A DNA stretch of 64,000 nt from an uncultured Candidatus Saccharibacteria bacterium (lineage in GTDB: Bacteria; Patescibacteriota; Minisyncoccia; SW-4-49-11): positions 25,858 through 89,857 of the forward strand of contig CAZWIJ010000006.1 in the NCBI GenBank assembly GCA_964633865.1. Direction: 5' to 3'. A program made the position numbers and the translations under genes. Below are positions 50,725-59,642 of the stretch, piece after piece (positions within the stretch are counted from its first letter, which is position 1; each line of letters starts with the position of its first letter). The notes under the pieces were generated by a model. The model saw only the letters and a program-made list of their open reading frames with translations, did not search any database and had not been told where the DNA came from.

Positions 50725-51123
50725 TTATTGGTACAAATTCAGAAAATTGTTTTTAATTTGAGAGAATTCATTATCAGTTATTTCTCCTACTTTATATTTT
50801 AATCTTCGATAATCTAAATGTCTTGGTTGATGTAAATATATAGTTTGTAACTTTTCTTTAAAATAAATTTTAAAATATCTATTACCCACTTTGTCTTTTG
50901 TGCTTAGAGGTAATCCTATAAAACTGTATCTATCTAATTTTTTTAAAATTAAAAAAGGTCTTAGAAATTCTTTTCCTTTACCACTAATTTCTATACCTAT
51001 ATTCTCTCCACAATAACAGAACCAAACTTGTTTTTGAGAAAACTTTGGAGGATAATAGTTTAGTTTATCTAACTTAGGTTTCAGAGAAAACCAATCTTGG
51101 AAATTTTTAATAAAGTTTTGCAT
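50725..51123 (-). CDS. PemK/MazF-family endoribonuclease toxin-like protein (solo)
   Basis: GENIGIEISGKGKEFLRPFLILKKLD...FIGLPLSTK...HLDYRRL resembles the MazF/PemK core (G.E.gG..RP.lvl...n......PlTs). Confidence 0.45.
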   Translation of the reverse strand: MQNFIKNFQDWFSLKPKLDKLNYYPPKFSQKQVWFCYCGENIGIEISGKGKEFLRPFLILKKLDRYSFIGLPLSTKDKVGNRYFKIYFKEKLQTIYLHQPRHLDYRRLKYKVGEITDNEFSQIKNNFLNLYQ

Positions 51124-51229
51124 AAGAAATAAATTAATCTTTGGTCAAAGAAAGTGATTATTTTGTAATTGTATGTAATATTAATACATGGTATAATTAA
51201 TTTGTTAATATAAATAAATTACTAAATAT

Positions 51230-52288
51230 ATGAAAACAATTAAAGATATAGAATTTCAAGATGGTCTAAAGATATTAGTTAGAATAGATGTTAATGAACC
51301 AATGGATGAAATTGGAGTTCCTAAAGATACATTTAGACTAACAAAAATGATTCCTACAATTAAATATTTAAGAAGTAGAGGAGCTAAGGTTATTCTTATT
51401 TCTCATTTAGGAGATCCTAAAGGTAAAGTTGTAGAAAATTTGAAATTAGATTATATTGCAACTGAAATAGATCATTTGACAGAATTTAAAGTAGAAAAGA
51501 TAGATTATACAGTAGGGAATGAAGTGAAAGATAAAATAGATAAGATGAAGTCAGGTGATGTAATTTTATTAGAAAATTTAAGATTTGATCCAAGAGAAGA
51601 ATTGAATGATGATGATTTTTCAAAAGAATTAGCACAACTAGCGGATATTTATGTAAATGAAGCTTTTTCAGCTTGTCATAGATCTCATGCTTCAATTGTG
51701 GGTATACCCAAATATTTACCAAGTTATGGAGGATTTCTATTAGAAAAAGAAATAAGTGTCCTTACTCAAACTATTTATAATCCATCTAAACCAGCTGTTG
51801 CTGTGATTGGAGGTGCTAAAATAGAAACTAAATTACCAGTTATACATAAATTAAAAGAAAAATTTGATAAGATTTTGGTTGGGGGTAGAATAGCAAATGA
51901 ATATATAGATTTGTATGGAAAATCAAATAGTGATCAAATAATTTTGCCAATAGACTTTGCTAATTCTAAGAGATATGATATCGGACCTCGTACGATTCAA
52001 ATTTTTAGTCATCATATCTCATCAGCTTCAACCGTTATGTGGAATGGACCTTTGGGTTGGTTTGAACAAAATCCATATCATTTAGGAACTGAATATATTG
52101 CTAATACAATTGCAAAATACCCTAAATCATTCTCAGTTATTGGTGGTGGAGAGACAGTTGAGTTTATAACTAAATTAGGTTTGAGAGATAAGATAGACTT
52201 TATTTCTACAGGTGGTGGAGCAATGCTTGACTTTATTTCTAATAATGGTAAGCTGGTTGGGATTGAAGCCCTAGAAAACAATAATTAA
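51230..52288 (+). CDS. pgk: phosphoglycerate kinase (compact)
   Basis: VRIDVNEP...ILISHLGDPKG N-domain motifs, C-terminal GGGAMLDF; 352 aa. Confidence 0.8.
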   Translation: MKTIKDIEFQDGLKILVRIDVNEPMDEIGVPKDTFRLTKMIPTIKYLRSRGAKVILISHLGDPKGKVVENLKLDYIATEIDHLTEFKVEKIDYTVGNEVKDKIDKMKSGDVILLENLRFDPREELNDDDFSKELAQLADIYVNEAFSACHRSHASIVGIPKYLPSYGGFLLEKEISVLTQTIYNPSKPAVAVIGGAKIETKLPVIHKLKEKFDKILVGGRIANEYIDLYGKSNSDQIILPIDFANSKRYDIGPRTIQIFSHHISSASTVMWNGPLGWFEQNPYHLGTEYIANTIAKYPKSFSVIGGGETVEFITKLGLRDKIDFISTGGGAMLDFISNNGKLVGIEALENNN

Positions 52289-52415
52289 CCTAAAAATTTA
52301 ATTTAGGTATTGCAAAATTTAAAAATTTTATATATAATAGAATAGTTCTTTAAAAGTATTTAAATATGTAGAAATGTTATTTTAAGAGTAATCTTTACAT
52401 ATATTTTTACATATT

Positions 52416-52488
52416 GGGTGCATAGCTCAGTCGGTAGAGCAGAGGCCTTTTAAGCCTTGTGTCGGTGGTTCGAACCCACCTGTGCCCA
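52416..52488 (+). tRNA. tRNA-Lys (anticodon UUU)
   Basis: Cloverleaf: acceptor gggtgca/tgtgccc, D-arm gctcagtcggtagagc, anticodon stem gaggc/gcctt with loop cTTTTaa, T-arm ggtggttcgaacccacc; CCA not encoded. Confidence 0.85.
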
Positions 52489-52517
52489 CATTTTTAGTAA
52501 TATAGAAAATCAAAAAA

Positions 52518-52544
52518 GCTTCTATATATAATTTATATAGAAGC
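52518..52544. terminator. bidirectional hairpin terminator (gcttctatata / tatatagaagc)
   Basis: 11-bp perfect stem between tRNA-Lys (+) and convergent gene 52572-52949 (-). Confidence 0.45.
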
Positions 52545-52571
52545 ATTGTACTTTTATTTGAGTAATAATTT

Positions 52572-52949
52572 TTATTTAATAGCATACTCCTCCGATGTCA
52601 TGCCATTAAATAGAGCTTTCTCTGTTATGTATTGTTGAAATACATCTTTGATAAGATCCTTTAAAATCTCTTTATCAGAAGTATTTTCTATAAGAGATGT
52701 ATAGTCAATAATACAAAATTCTTGTTCTAGAGAAAGACTTTCTTGAAAGATATTTCTTTCTGATTTGGTTTCTACTCCTAAATAGATTTTAGATAGAAAT
52801 TTAATCCTATTTTTTTGTAAAAAATATTTTTTACATGTCTCTATAAGAAATTCTCTTAAATCATTTAGTTTCATATCTTCTATGACAGAAGATAATTTAA
52901 CTATTTCAAATTCTTGTGAAAAAGTTAAAGTTTCCATAAGATTCTCCAT
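52572..52949 (-). CDS. hypothetical protein
   Basis: 125 aa ORF, no recognisable motif. Confidence 0.3.
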   Translation of the reverse strand: MENLMETLTFSQEFEIVKLSSVIEDMKLNDLREFLIETCKKYFLQKNRIKFLSKIYLGVETKSERNIFQESLSLEQEFCIIDYTSLIENTSDKEILKDLIKDVFQQYITEKALFNGMTSEEYAIK

Positions 52950-53070
52950 ATTTATGAAAGGTACTTGTTTTTATGATACATTTTTTTTATTAATATGTCA
53001 AATTAATATTTTCATTTTACTTAAATGGCTTTTTAGATTATAATATATTTAATTAGTTAAATTTTATAGT

Positions 53071-53916
53071 ATGACTTTAACAAAAATAAAATCCATTCTT
53101 TCTGAATATCATTTGTCTCCTTTGGAATCTTTATCACAAAATTTTTTTATAGATAAAAGTTTACTTCAAAAGATGGTTAGACAGTTAAATATTCCAAAAA
53201 AATCCCTTGTAATAGAAATTGGTTGTGGGTTAGGTTCTCTTACAGAAATATTGGTAGAAAATAATTTTAATGTTGTAGGATTTGAAATAGATAGAACTTT
53301 AGCTAATATATTACCAGATATTTTAGGTAATCCTAATAATCTCACTCTATATCACCAAGATATATTGGAATCAGAAGAATATTTTCAAAATATAAAATCT
53401 GATTATTATGTGATTGCTAATATTCCATATAATATTACAGGTAAAATTATAAGATTTTTACTTTCTTTTGATAAAAAAGCAAAAAATATAGTATTACTTG
53501 TGCAAAAAGAAGTAGCTTTTAATCTTACTAATAATGATGATAAATATAGCTTTCAAAAATTAAGTATTTCTCTTTATGCAGATGTTTCTAAAATTTTAAA
53601 TGTACCAAAAGAATGTTTTTATCCAAAGCCAAAGGTTGATTCTGCGGTTATCCAAATAACACCCAATAATAAATATGATTTTATAGAGGATAAGGAAGCT
53701 CTTTTGTCTTTTATTAAACCTTTATTCCAAAGAAAAAGAAAACAGTTAAGATCAAGTATAAAATCTATTTACAAAATTGAAACATCTATAATAGAAAATA
53801 TGTTCAGAGATTTAAATGTAGATTCAGATATTAGGCCAGAGGATATGAGTATTGAAAATTGGTATGAGGTTTATAATAAAAGTAAAGAATTTATAATCTT
53901 AGCTTCAGAAATCTAA
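53071..53916 (+). CDS. rsmA: 16S rRNA (adenine1518/1519-N6)-dimethyltransferase
   Basis: FFIDKSLLQKMV......VIEIGCGLGSLTE SAM-binding motif, NIPYNIT motif. Confidence 0.75.
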   Translation: MTLTKIKSILSEYHLSPLESLSQNFFIDKSLLQKMVRQLNIPKKSLVIEIGCGLGSLTEILVENNFNVVGFEIDRTLANILPDILGNPNNLTLYHQDILESEEYFQNIKSDYYVIANIPYNITGKIIRFLLSFDKKAKNIVLLVQKEVAFNLTNNDDKYSFQKLSISLYADVSKILNVPKECFYPKPKVDSAVIQITPNNKYDFIEDKEALLSFIKPLFQRKRKQLRSSIKSIYKIETSIIENMFRDLNVDSDIRPEDMSIENWYEVYNKSKEFIILASEI

Positions 53917-54026
53917 AAATAATATTCTCAAAAACAAAAAAAATATAATATAATAAAAAGATAAAGAAAAAGAAAAGGTATTTACATTTTCTAAGAAGAA
54001 ATATAATCAATAACAATTAAAAAAAC

Positions 54027-56009
54027 ATGGGTAATAGAATAAAAAGAATAATGAGAAGAAACAAGAAAGGATTTACATTATTAGAAATACTATTAGTAAT
54101 AGGAGCAATAGGAATACTAGCATCAATAGTAATAGTCGCCATAAATCCACTAAGACAAATACAAAAAGCAAGAGATGCAGAAAGAGCAAGTGAAATCAAT
54201 CAGGTATATAAAGCAATAGAACAATATAATATAGCAGAAGGAAGATATCCAGATGATATAACAATAGAAACAGAAGATATATATAAAGAGATATGTAATA
54301 CAGGAAAATTAACAAAAGAAGACACATTAGATGTCAATTTTTGTGCTGGGAAAATAGACTTAAGAGTATTAATACCAGAATACATATCAGAAGTACCAAG
54401 AGATTCAAGTATAGGAGCAATAGTAAGAGAAAATATACTGTACAAAATAGCAGAAGCAAATGAAGAAAGTAGAACAGGCTATGAAGTATCAGTAAGTTCA
54501 GATAATAACAAAGTAAGTCTAAAAGCAACAAATCCAAATATAAATGGAGAAGAAATAGCAATAAACTTAATAGAAAAACCATTAGCACCGAGTATTATAG
54601 GAGACTTAGGACTAGAAGTAGAGGGAGAGAATATTAAATTAACATGGAGTACACCAATAGAAAACAAAAGTCCAATCACAGGATACCAAATAATAAGTAC
54701 AATAAATAGTGTAACACAAACTCCTATAACAATAGGAATAGTAAATGAATATTTAATCCAAAAATCAGATATAACAGACTATATAGATGAGAACAATAAA
54801 ATAATAAACTATGATGTAGAAGTATCAGCAATAAATGGGATAGGAATAGCAGATCCAAGCAATCAAGTAAGTATCAGTATAGGAGTACCAGGAGAAGTAT
54901 CCACCCCAATAATAGTAGTAAATGAAAATAATATAGATTTAAATTGGGGAACAAAACCAAATATGAATTATGGGAACTTTGTAGGATATAAAATAAGATA
55001 TAGTGAAGATAATTTTGTAAGTTATACAGAAATAAATAAAAATACAATAACAAGTTTAGGAGATGAGAATACAATAAGTCATAATTTTAATCTAAGCAAT
55101 AATGGAGAGTATAAATTTGTAGTAATAGCAGAGAACCAATATGGTGAAAGTAATTGGCAAAACAATCAAGCAATAGCAAATATTTGTGATCCAAGTAGTT
55201 GTACAGATTTAGGAGGTGTACCATTAGGAATAACATCAGGTAATTTGAGTAGCTATAATAATAAATATCTAGTCAATATAGGTAATTTGAGTATAGCTAG
55301 TGGGGTAACATTCACAGCTAAAGAAACCATCCAAGCAGAAGATATAACAATAGGAGGAACATTGACAGTAGTACAAGGAAATAAACTCAATATCCAAGGA
55401 GAAAACTTAACAATAAACAATGGAGGGTCAATCAATGTAAATGGTAGAGGGTATCAGGGAGGATGGGATGGGAATGTCCAGAATAATGGATATGGACCAG
55501 GAGGAGGACAAGGACCAAGATATGGAGCCGGAGGAGGTCATGGAGGGGCTGGAGGAAACAGTCATAATGGGAGAGTTGGTGGGATAGTATATGGGAGTAT
55601 AGAGAACCCAATAGATATGGGAAGTGGAGGAGGTGGATATAGTGGAGGAGCCGGAGGGAATGGAGGAGGAATAATAAGATTAGTAATAGAGGGTAATGCA
55701 AGTATATTAGGAAATATAAGTGCTAGTGGATCAACTGGTGTAGGAGGTGATGCATCTGGAGGAGGAGGAGGAAGTATAAATATGGAGATAGGAGGAGTAT
55801 GGAGTGGAACAGGAAGTATAATAGCAAATGGAGGCAATGGAGCAGGAGGAGGGTGGTATACATATGGATCCGGAGGAGGAGGAGGAAGAGTAGCAATAAG
55901 GTATGGAAGTAATAGTCATAGTGGAAATATTTCAGCAAATGGAGGAGGAAGTGGTTCGTGGGGAGGACAAGTAGGTGGTGCTGGTACGATTTGGCAGATA
56001 CAGCAATAA
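54027..56009 (+). CDS. type IV pilin-like protein fused to two FN3-like domains and a Gly-rich solenoid-like C-terminal region
   Basis: KKGFTLLEILLVIGAIGIL prepilin motif + conserved pilin module; FN3 patterns (IKLTWSTPIENKSPITGYQI; IDLNWGTKP...GYKIRYSEDN...YKFVVIAENQYGES); three ~36-aa Gly-cluster/hydrophobic-strand repeats. Confidence 0.7.
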   Translation: MGNRIKRIMRRNKKGFTLLEILLVIGAIGILASIVIVAINPLRQIQKARDAERASEINQVYKAIEQYNIAEGRYPDDITIETEDIYKEICNTGKLTKEDTLDVNFCAGKIDLRVLIPEYISEVPRDSSIGAIVRENILYKIAEANEESRTGYEVSVSSDNNKVSLKATNPNINGEEIAINLIEKPLAPSIIGDLGLEVEGENIKLTWSTPIENKSPITGYQIISTINSVTQTPITIGIVNEYLIQKSDITDYIDENNKIINYDVEVSAINGIGIADPSNQVSISIGVPGEVSTPIIVVNENNIDLNWGTKPNMNYGNFVGYKIRYSEDNFVSYTEINKNTITSLGDENTISHNFNLSNNGEYKFVVIAENQYGESNWQNNQAIANICDPSSCTDLGGVPLGITSGNLSSYNNKYLVNIGNLSIASGVTFTAKETIQAEDITIGGTLTVVQGNKLNIQGENLTINNGGSINVNGRGYQGGWDGNVQNNGYGPGGGQGPRYGAGGGHGGAGGNSHNGRVGGIVYGSIENPIDMGSGGGGYSGGAGGNGGGIIRLVIEGNASILGNISASGSTGVGGDASGGGGGSINMEIGGVWSGTGSIIANGGNGAGGGWYTYGSGGGGGRVAIRYGSNSHSGNISANGGGSGSWGGQVGGAGTIWQIQQ

Positions 56010-56202
56010 TATAACTTAAAATTATAATAATTATATGAATAATAAGAATATAATCATAATAAGTAGAATAAAAATAAATTTACTATTTTATGTTTATTCT
56101 TATAGAAATATTAATATTTAATTAAATTTAATATGAGTAAATTTATACATATTCAATCCTCAAGATTTCCAATTATGGAGGGGGAAAAAGAAGAAATAGT
56201 AA

Positions 56203-56568
56203 ATGAAGGTATGTATGGTAAATCGCTTGCAATTTTTTTTACAAGATGAGTTTATAAAAAGAGGTTATAAATCTAGTTTTTATTGTTGTGAAGATTGGGG
56301 ATGGTGGATTGATCTTAAGATTGAACAATTTAATTTTGGAGTGTGTATTAATTTTATTGAGGATGGTGATACAGATATATTAAAATATATTCCAGAACAT
56401 TATGTTTGTTCTTTAAGTCTAGATTCGGGAAGAGAATGGTCATGGAAAAAGTTTAGATTTGTTGATACGACTAATATTTTTGAGAAATATTTTAGTGATA
56501 TGGAAGATATTTTGAACTCTGATACAGGTATAAAAATTATAGAAATAACCAAAAATTTCCCAGAATAA
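56203..56568 (+). CDS. hypothetical Trp/Cys-rich protein (start uncertain; T8 tract at 56233-56240)
   Basis: ORF-track ORF; an upstream ATG at 56175 reads into this frame if the T8 homopolymer were one nt shorter. Confidence 0.3.
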   Translation: MKVCMVNRLQFFLQDEFIKRGYKSSFYCCEDWGWWIDLKIEQFNFGVCINFIEDGDTDILKYIPEHYVCSLSLDSGREWSWKKFRFVDTTNIFEKYFSDMEDILNSDTGIKIIEITKNFPE

Positions 56569-56636
56569 TACACTTAATTTGCAAAAAATCAATATTTTAG
56601 GTAAGATAAATATTATTGTATTTATCTTTTTAAATA

Positions 56637-58661
56637 ATGAAATTTAAACTTAAGTCAGATTATAGTCCTAAAGGAGATCAACCAAAAGCGATTGAATCTC
56701 TTTCTTCTGGTATACAAAACAAACAAAAACACCAAACCTTACTAGGAGTAACTGGTTCCGGTAAAACTTTTACAATGGCATCAGTAATAGAAAAAGTACA
56801 AAAACCAACTTTAATTATTTCTCATAACAAGACTCTAGCAGCTCAACTATATCAGGAGTTTAGAGATTTCTTCCCAGATAATGCAGTTCACTATTTTGTT
56901 TCATATTATGACTATTATCAGCCAGAAAGTTATTTGCCATCATCTGATACTTATATAGAGAAAGAATCAATGATAAATTCTCAAGTAGAGAGGCTTAGGC
57001 ATGCATCTACTCAATCTTTATTATCCAGGGATGATGTTATTATTGTGTCTTCGGTATCATGTATTTATGGTATCGGTTCACCTGAAGATTATGGAAATAT
57101 GGCTATCCAAATTGAGCAAGGGCAAACTATTACTAGAGATGAGTTGCTTAGGCAGATTATTATTTTGCAATACTCTAGAAATGATATAGAATTCAAACCA
57201 GGAAGTTTTCGAGTAAAAGGTGATGTGATAGAAATTCACGAGACTGGAGAACAGAGAATTCTCAAAATTAGTTTTTGGGGAAATACGATTGAGACTATAT
57301 CTTATAATCAATATAAAGATAATCTTTTCAATCAATTACCAGCTCAATATGTAGATTTTTACAGAATTTTCCCAGCTACTCATTGGATCTCTACTCAAGA
57401 GAAAATAGAGGGTATGATGCCAAGCATAGAACAAGAATTAGAAAAAAGAGTAGCTTATTTCAAAAAAAATAATAAATTAATTGAAGCTCAAAGAATAGAA
57501 GAAAGAGTTAGATACGATTTGGAGATGTTAAAAGAGGTTGGGTTTACAAAAGGTATAGAAAATTATTCTAGATATCTAGCTGGAAGAAAAAGTGGAGAGC
57601 CACCATATACCCTGATAGATTATTTTATTGAGAAGAATACAGATTATCTTATGTTGATAGATGAGTCTCATATCACTTTACCTCAAATTCGGGGTATGTA
57701 TAATGGAGATGCAGCTCGTAAAAGAAATCTTATTGAGTTTGGTTTTAGGTTACCCTCAGCTGCAGATAATAGACCTCTTCGCTTTCATGAATTTGAAGAA
57801 AAAATTTCTAGTGCTGTATATGTATCAGCTACACCTAGTCAATATGAGTTGATGCAATCTTCTGAAGGTACAATTGATGCAATTGCTGATCTTAGAGATA
57901 ATAGTAAATCTCACCCTAATATAGTTGAGCAGATTATCCGCCCAACTGGTCTTTTGGAGCCTAAAGTTACTATCAGGCCAACTGATGATCAGATAGAAGA
58001 TATCCTAAAAGAAATTGAAGTAAGAATATCAAAAAATCAGAGAATTTTAGTTTTGACATTAACAAAGAAAATGGCAGAAAGTTTAGCAGATTTTATGCAA
58101 GATAGAAATATCAAATCAGCTTATATTCATTCAGAAATAGATACTCTAGAAAGACCTGAAATTTTACAAAAATTAAGGGAAGGAATTTATGATGTATTGA
58201 TTGGGATTAATCTTTTGAGAGAAGGTTTGGATCTTCCAGAGGTTGCTTTGGTTGCGATTCTAGATGCTGATAAAGAAGGTTTTCTTCGAAATGAAACTTC
58301 TTTGATTCAGACTATTGGTAGAGCTGCTCGTAATGTTAATGGAGAAGTAATTTTGTATGCAAATAAAATGACTAATTCCATCCAAAGTGCCATTAAAGAG
58401 ACTGATCGTAGAAGAAATATTCAACTAGAATTTAATAAAAATAATAATATCTCTCCAGAAGGAATAAAGAAAGATATCAGAACAGGGATTGTAGTAGATA
58501 AAAAACAAGAATTACAAAAGAAAAAATTAGAAGCAATTATGCCTGAAGAAAAAGAATTTGTTATTGAAGAATTAAGAAAACAAATGAACGAAGCGGTTAA
58601 GAATTTACATTTTGAGCAGGCAGCAGAGCTAAGAGATCAAATTAAAATTTTGGAAAAATAA
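56637..58661 (+). CDS. uvrB: excinuclease ABC subunit B
   Basis: GVTGSGKTF Walker A, DYYQPE motif, helicase motifs, C-terminal UVR domain (FEQAAELRDQIKILEK). Confidence 0.9.
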   Translation: MKFKLKSDYSPKGDQPKAIESLSSGIQNKQKHQTLLGVTGSGKTFTMASVIEKVQKPTLIISHNKTLAAQLYQEFRDFFPDNAVHYFVSYYDYYQPESYLPSSDTYIEKESMINSQVERLRHASTQSLLSRDDVIIVSSVSCIYGIGSPEDYGNMAIQIEQGQTITRDELLRQIIILQYSRNDIEFKPGSFRVKGDVIEIHETGEQRILKISFWGNTIETISYNQYKDNLFNQLPAQYVDFYRIFPATHWISTQEKIEGMMPSIEQELEKRVAYFKKNNKLIEAQRIEERVRYDLEMLKEVGFTKGIENYSRYLAGRKSGEPPYTLIDYFIEKNTDYLMLIDESHITLPQIRGMYNGDAARKRNLIEFGFRLPSAADNRPLRFHEFEEKISSAVYVSATPSQYELMQSSEGTIDAIADLRDNSKSHPNIVEQIIRPTGLLEPKVTIRPTDDQIEDILKEIEVRISKNQRILVLTLTKKMAESLADFMQDRNIKSAYIHSEIDTLERPEILQKLREGIYDVLIGINLLREGLDLPEVALVAILDADKEGFLRNETSLIQTIGRAARNVNGEVILYANKMTNSIQSAIKETDRRRNIQLEFNKNNNISPEGIKKDIRTGIVVDKKQELQKKKLEAIMPEEKEFVIEELRKQMNEAVKNLHFEQAAELRDQIKILEK

Positions 58662-58663
58662 AA

Positions 58664-58691
58664 ATCTTTATATAAAATATTATATAAAGAT
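58664..58691. terminator. palindromic hairpin (atctttatata...tatataaagat) between convergent genes
   Basis: 11-bp perfect inverted repeat right after uvrB stop. Confidence 0.4.
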
Positions 58692-58714
58692 GATTTAGTA
58701 TAAGAATTCAAATA

Positions 58715-59044
58715 TTAATACTGAAATAAATTTTTTTTGGAAGTATTTTTAGTATTTAATATACATCTTTGCTTGTGAATTTCAATCATACTTAAGATAA
58801 ATGTTCTGAAATTTATCATTATCATAATTGTATTACCGAACATTGAAATGTAGCTATTTATATTTAGGTTAAATCTAAACCAAATACAACTTGCTAGAAT
58901 TAATAGTATAGATCCTACAATTTTGTTATTAGGTAAGAAATACACACCTGATAACATAAAGGTTAACCCAATGAGGTCTAATCCTTTATAAACAATTAAA
59001 TCTTTATATAAGGATTGAAACACTATGTCAATCACATCAATCAT
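58715..59044 (-). CDS. hypothetical membrane protein
   Basis: 109 aa, 3 hydrophobic segments. Confidence 0.3.
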   Translation of the reverse strand: MIDVIDIVFQSLYKDLIVYKGLDLIGLTFMLSGVYFLPNNKIVGSILLILASCIWFRFNLNINSYISMFGNTIMIMINFRTFILSMIEIHKQRCILNTKNTSKKNLFQY

Positions 59045-59158
59045 ATAATAATCTCTCTTTTAGAATGTTGGGTATAGATAACATTATATCATTTTTTGTA
59101 TTTTTTTCAATTAATATGATAAAATGATAGTAACATATTAAGTTATAAATTAATTAAA

Positions 59159-59581
59159 ATGAATTTTTATATAGTAAAAACTGAAGCTAAATCTTATTCA
59201 ATTGATGATTTAGAGAGAGATAAAACCACAAAATGGGATGGAGTTCATAGTTATCAAGCTATAAATAATATTAAACAATGGAGTATAGGTGATTTGGTTT
59301 TAATTTATCATTCAACAGGTGAATCTCAAATAGTTGGTCTTGGTGAAGTGATCTCAATCCCTGAGAAAGATATGGATGATCCGAGAGGAATAAGCTATTA
59401 TAGTTATATTAAATTTATAAGAAAATTTAATGAAGATAATAGAATCACTTTAAAACAAATTAAAGAGACGAATTTGTTTAATGATTTTACTTTAGTAAGA
59501 CAAAGTAGATTATCTGTTATTTTATGTAGTGAATTATTTATTAATTGGTTAATTTCAAAAGGTGTTAATTTAGATAAATAA
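59159..59581 (+). CDS. EVE (PUA-like) domain protein
   Basis: W.GV.SYQAINNIKQ...GDLVLIYHS...IVGLGEV pattern of EVE/DUF55 domain. Confidence 0.55.
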   Translation: MNFYIVKTEAKSYSIDDLERDKTTKWDGVHSYQAINNIKQWSIGDLVLIYHSTGESQIVGLGEVISIPEKDMDDPRGISYYSYIKFIRKFNEDNRITLKQIKETNLFNDFTLVRQSRLSVILCSELFINWLISKGVNLDK

Positions 59582-59642
59582 TATTTGTAAAAATATTATT
59601 GTATGTGTTATAATAGTTATATATAATTAATTAATAAAACTT

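Noticed and set aside
50560-50726. Possibility that the GC-rich structured region is tmRNA, SRP RNA, RNase P RNA or a tRNA
   Set aside because: No tRNA-like T-arm (GGTTCGAATCC plus complementary acceptor) is present, there is no SRP GGAA/AGCAGG motif, and no RNase P P4 consensus. The gacgggggtt stretch is not followed by a complementary CCCCC arm. The region is kept only as an unclassified candidate sRNA.
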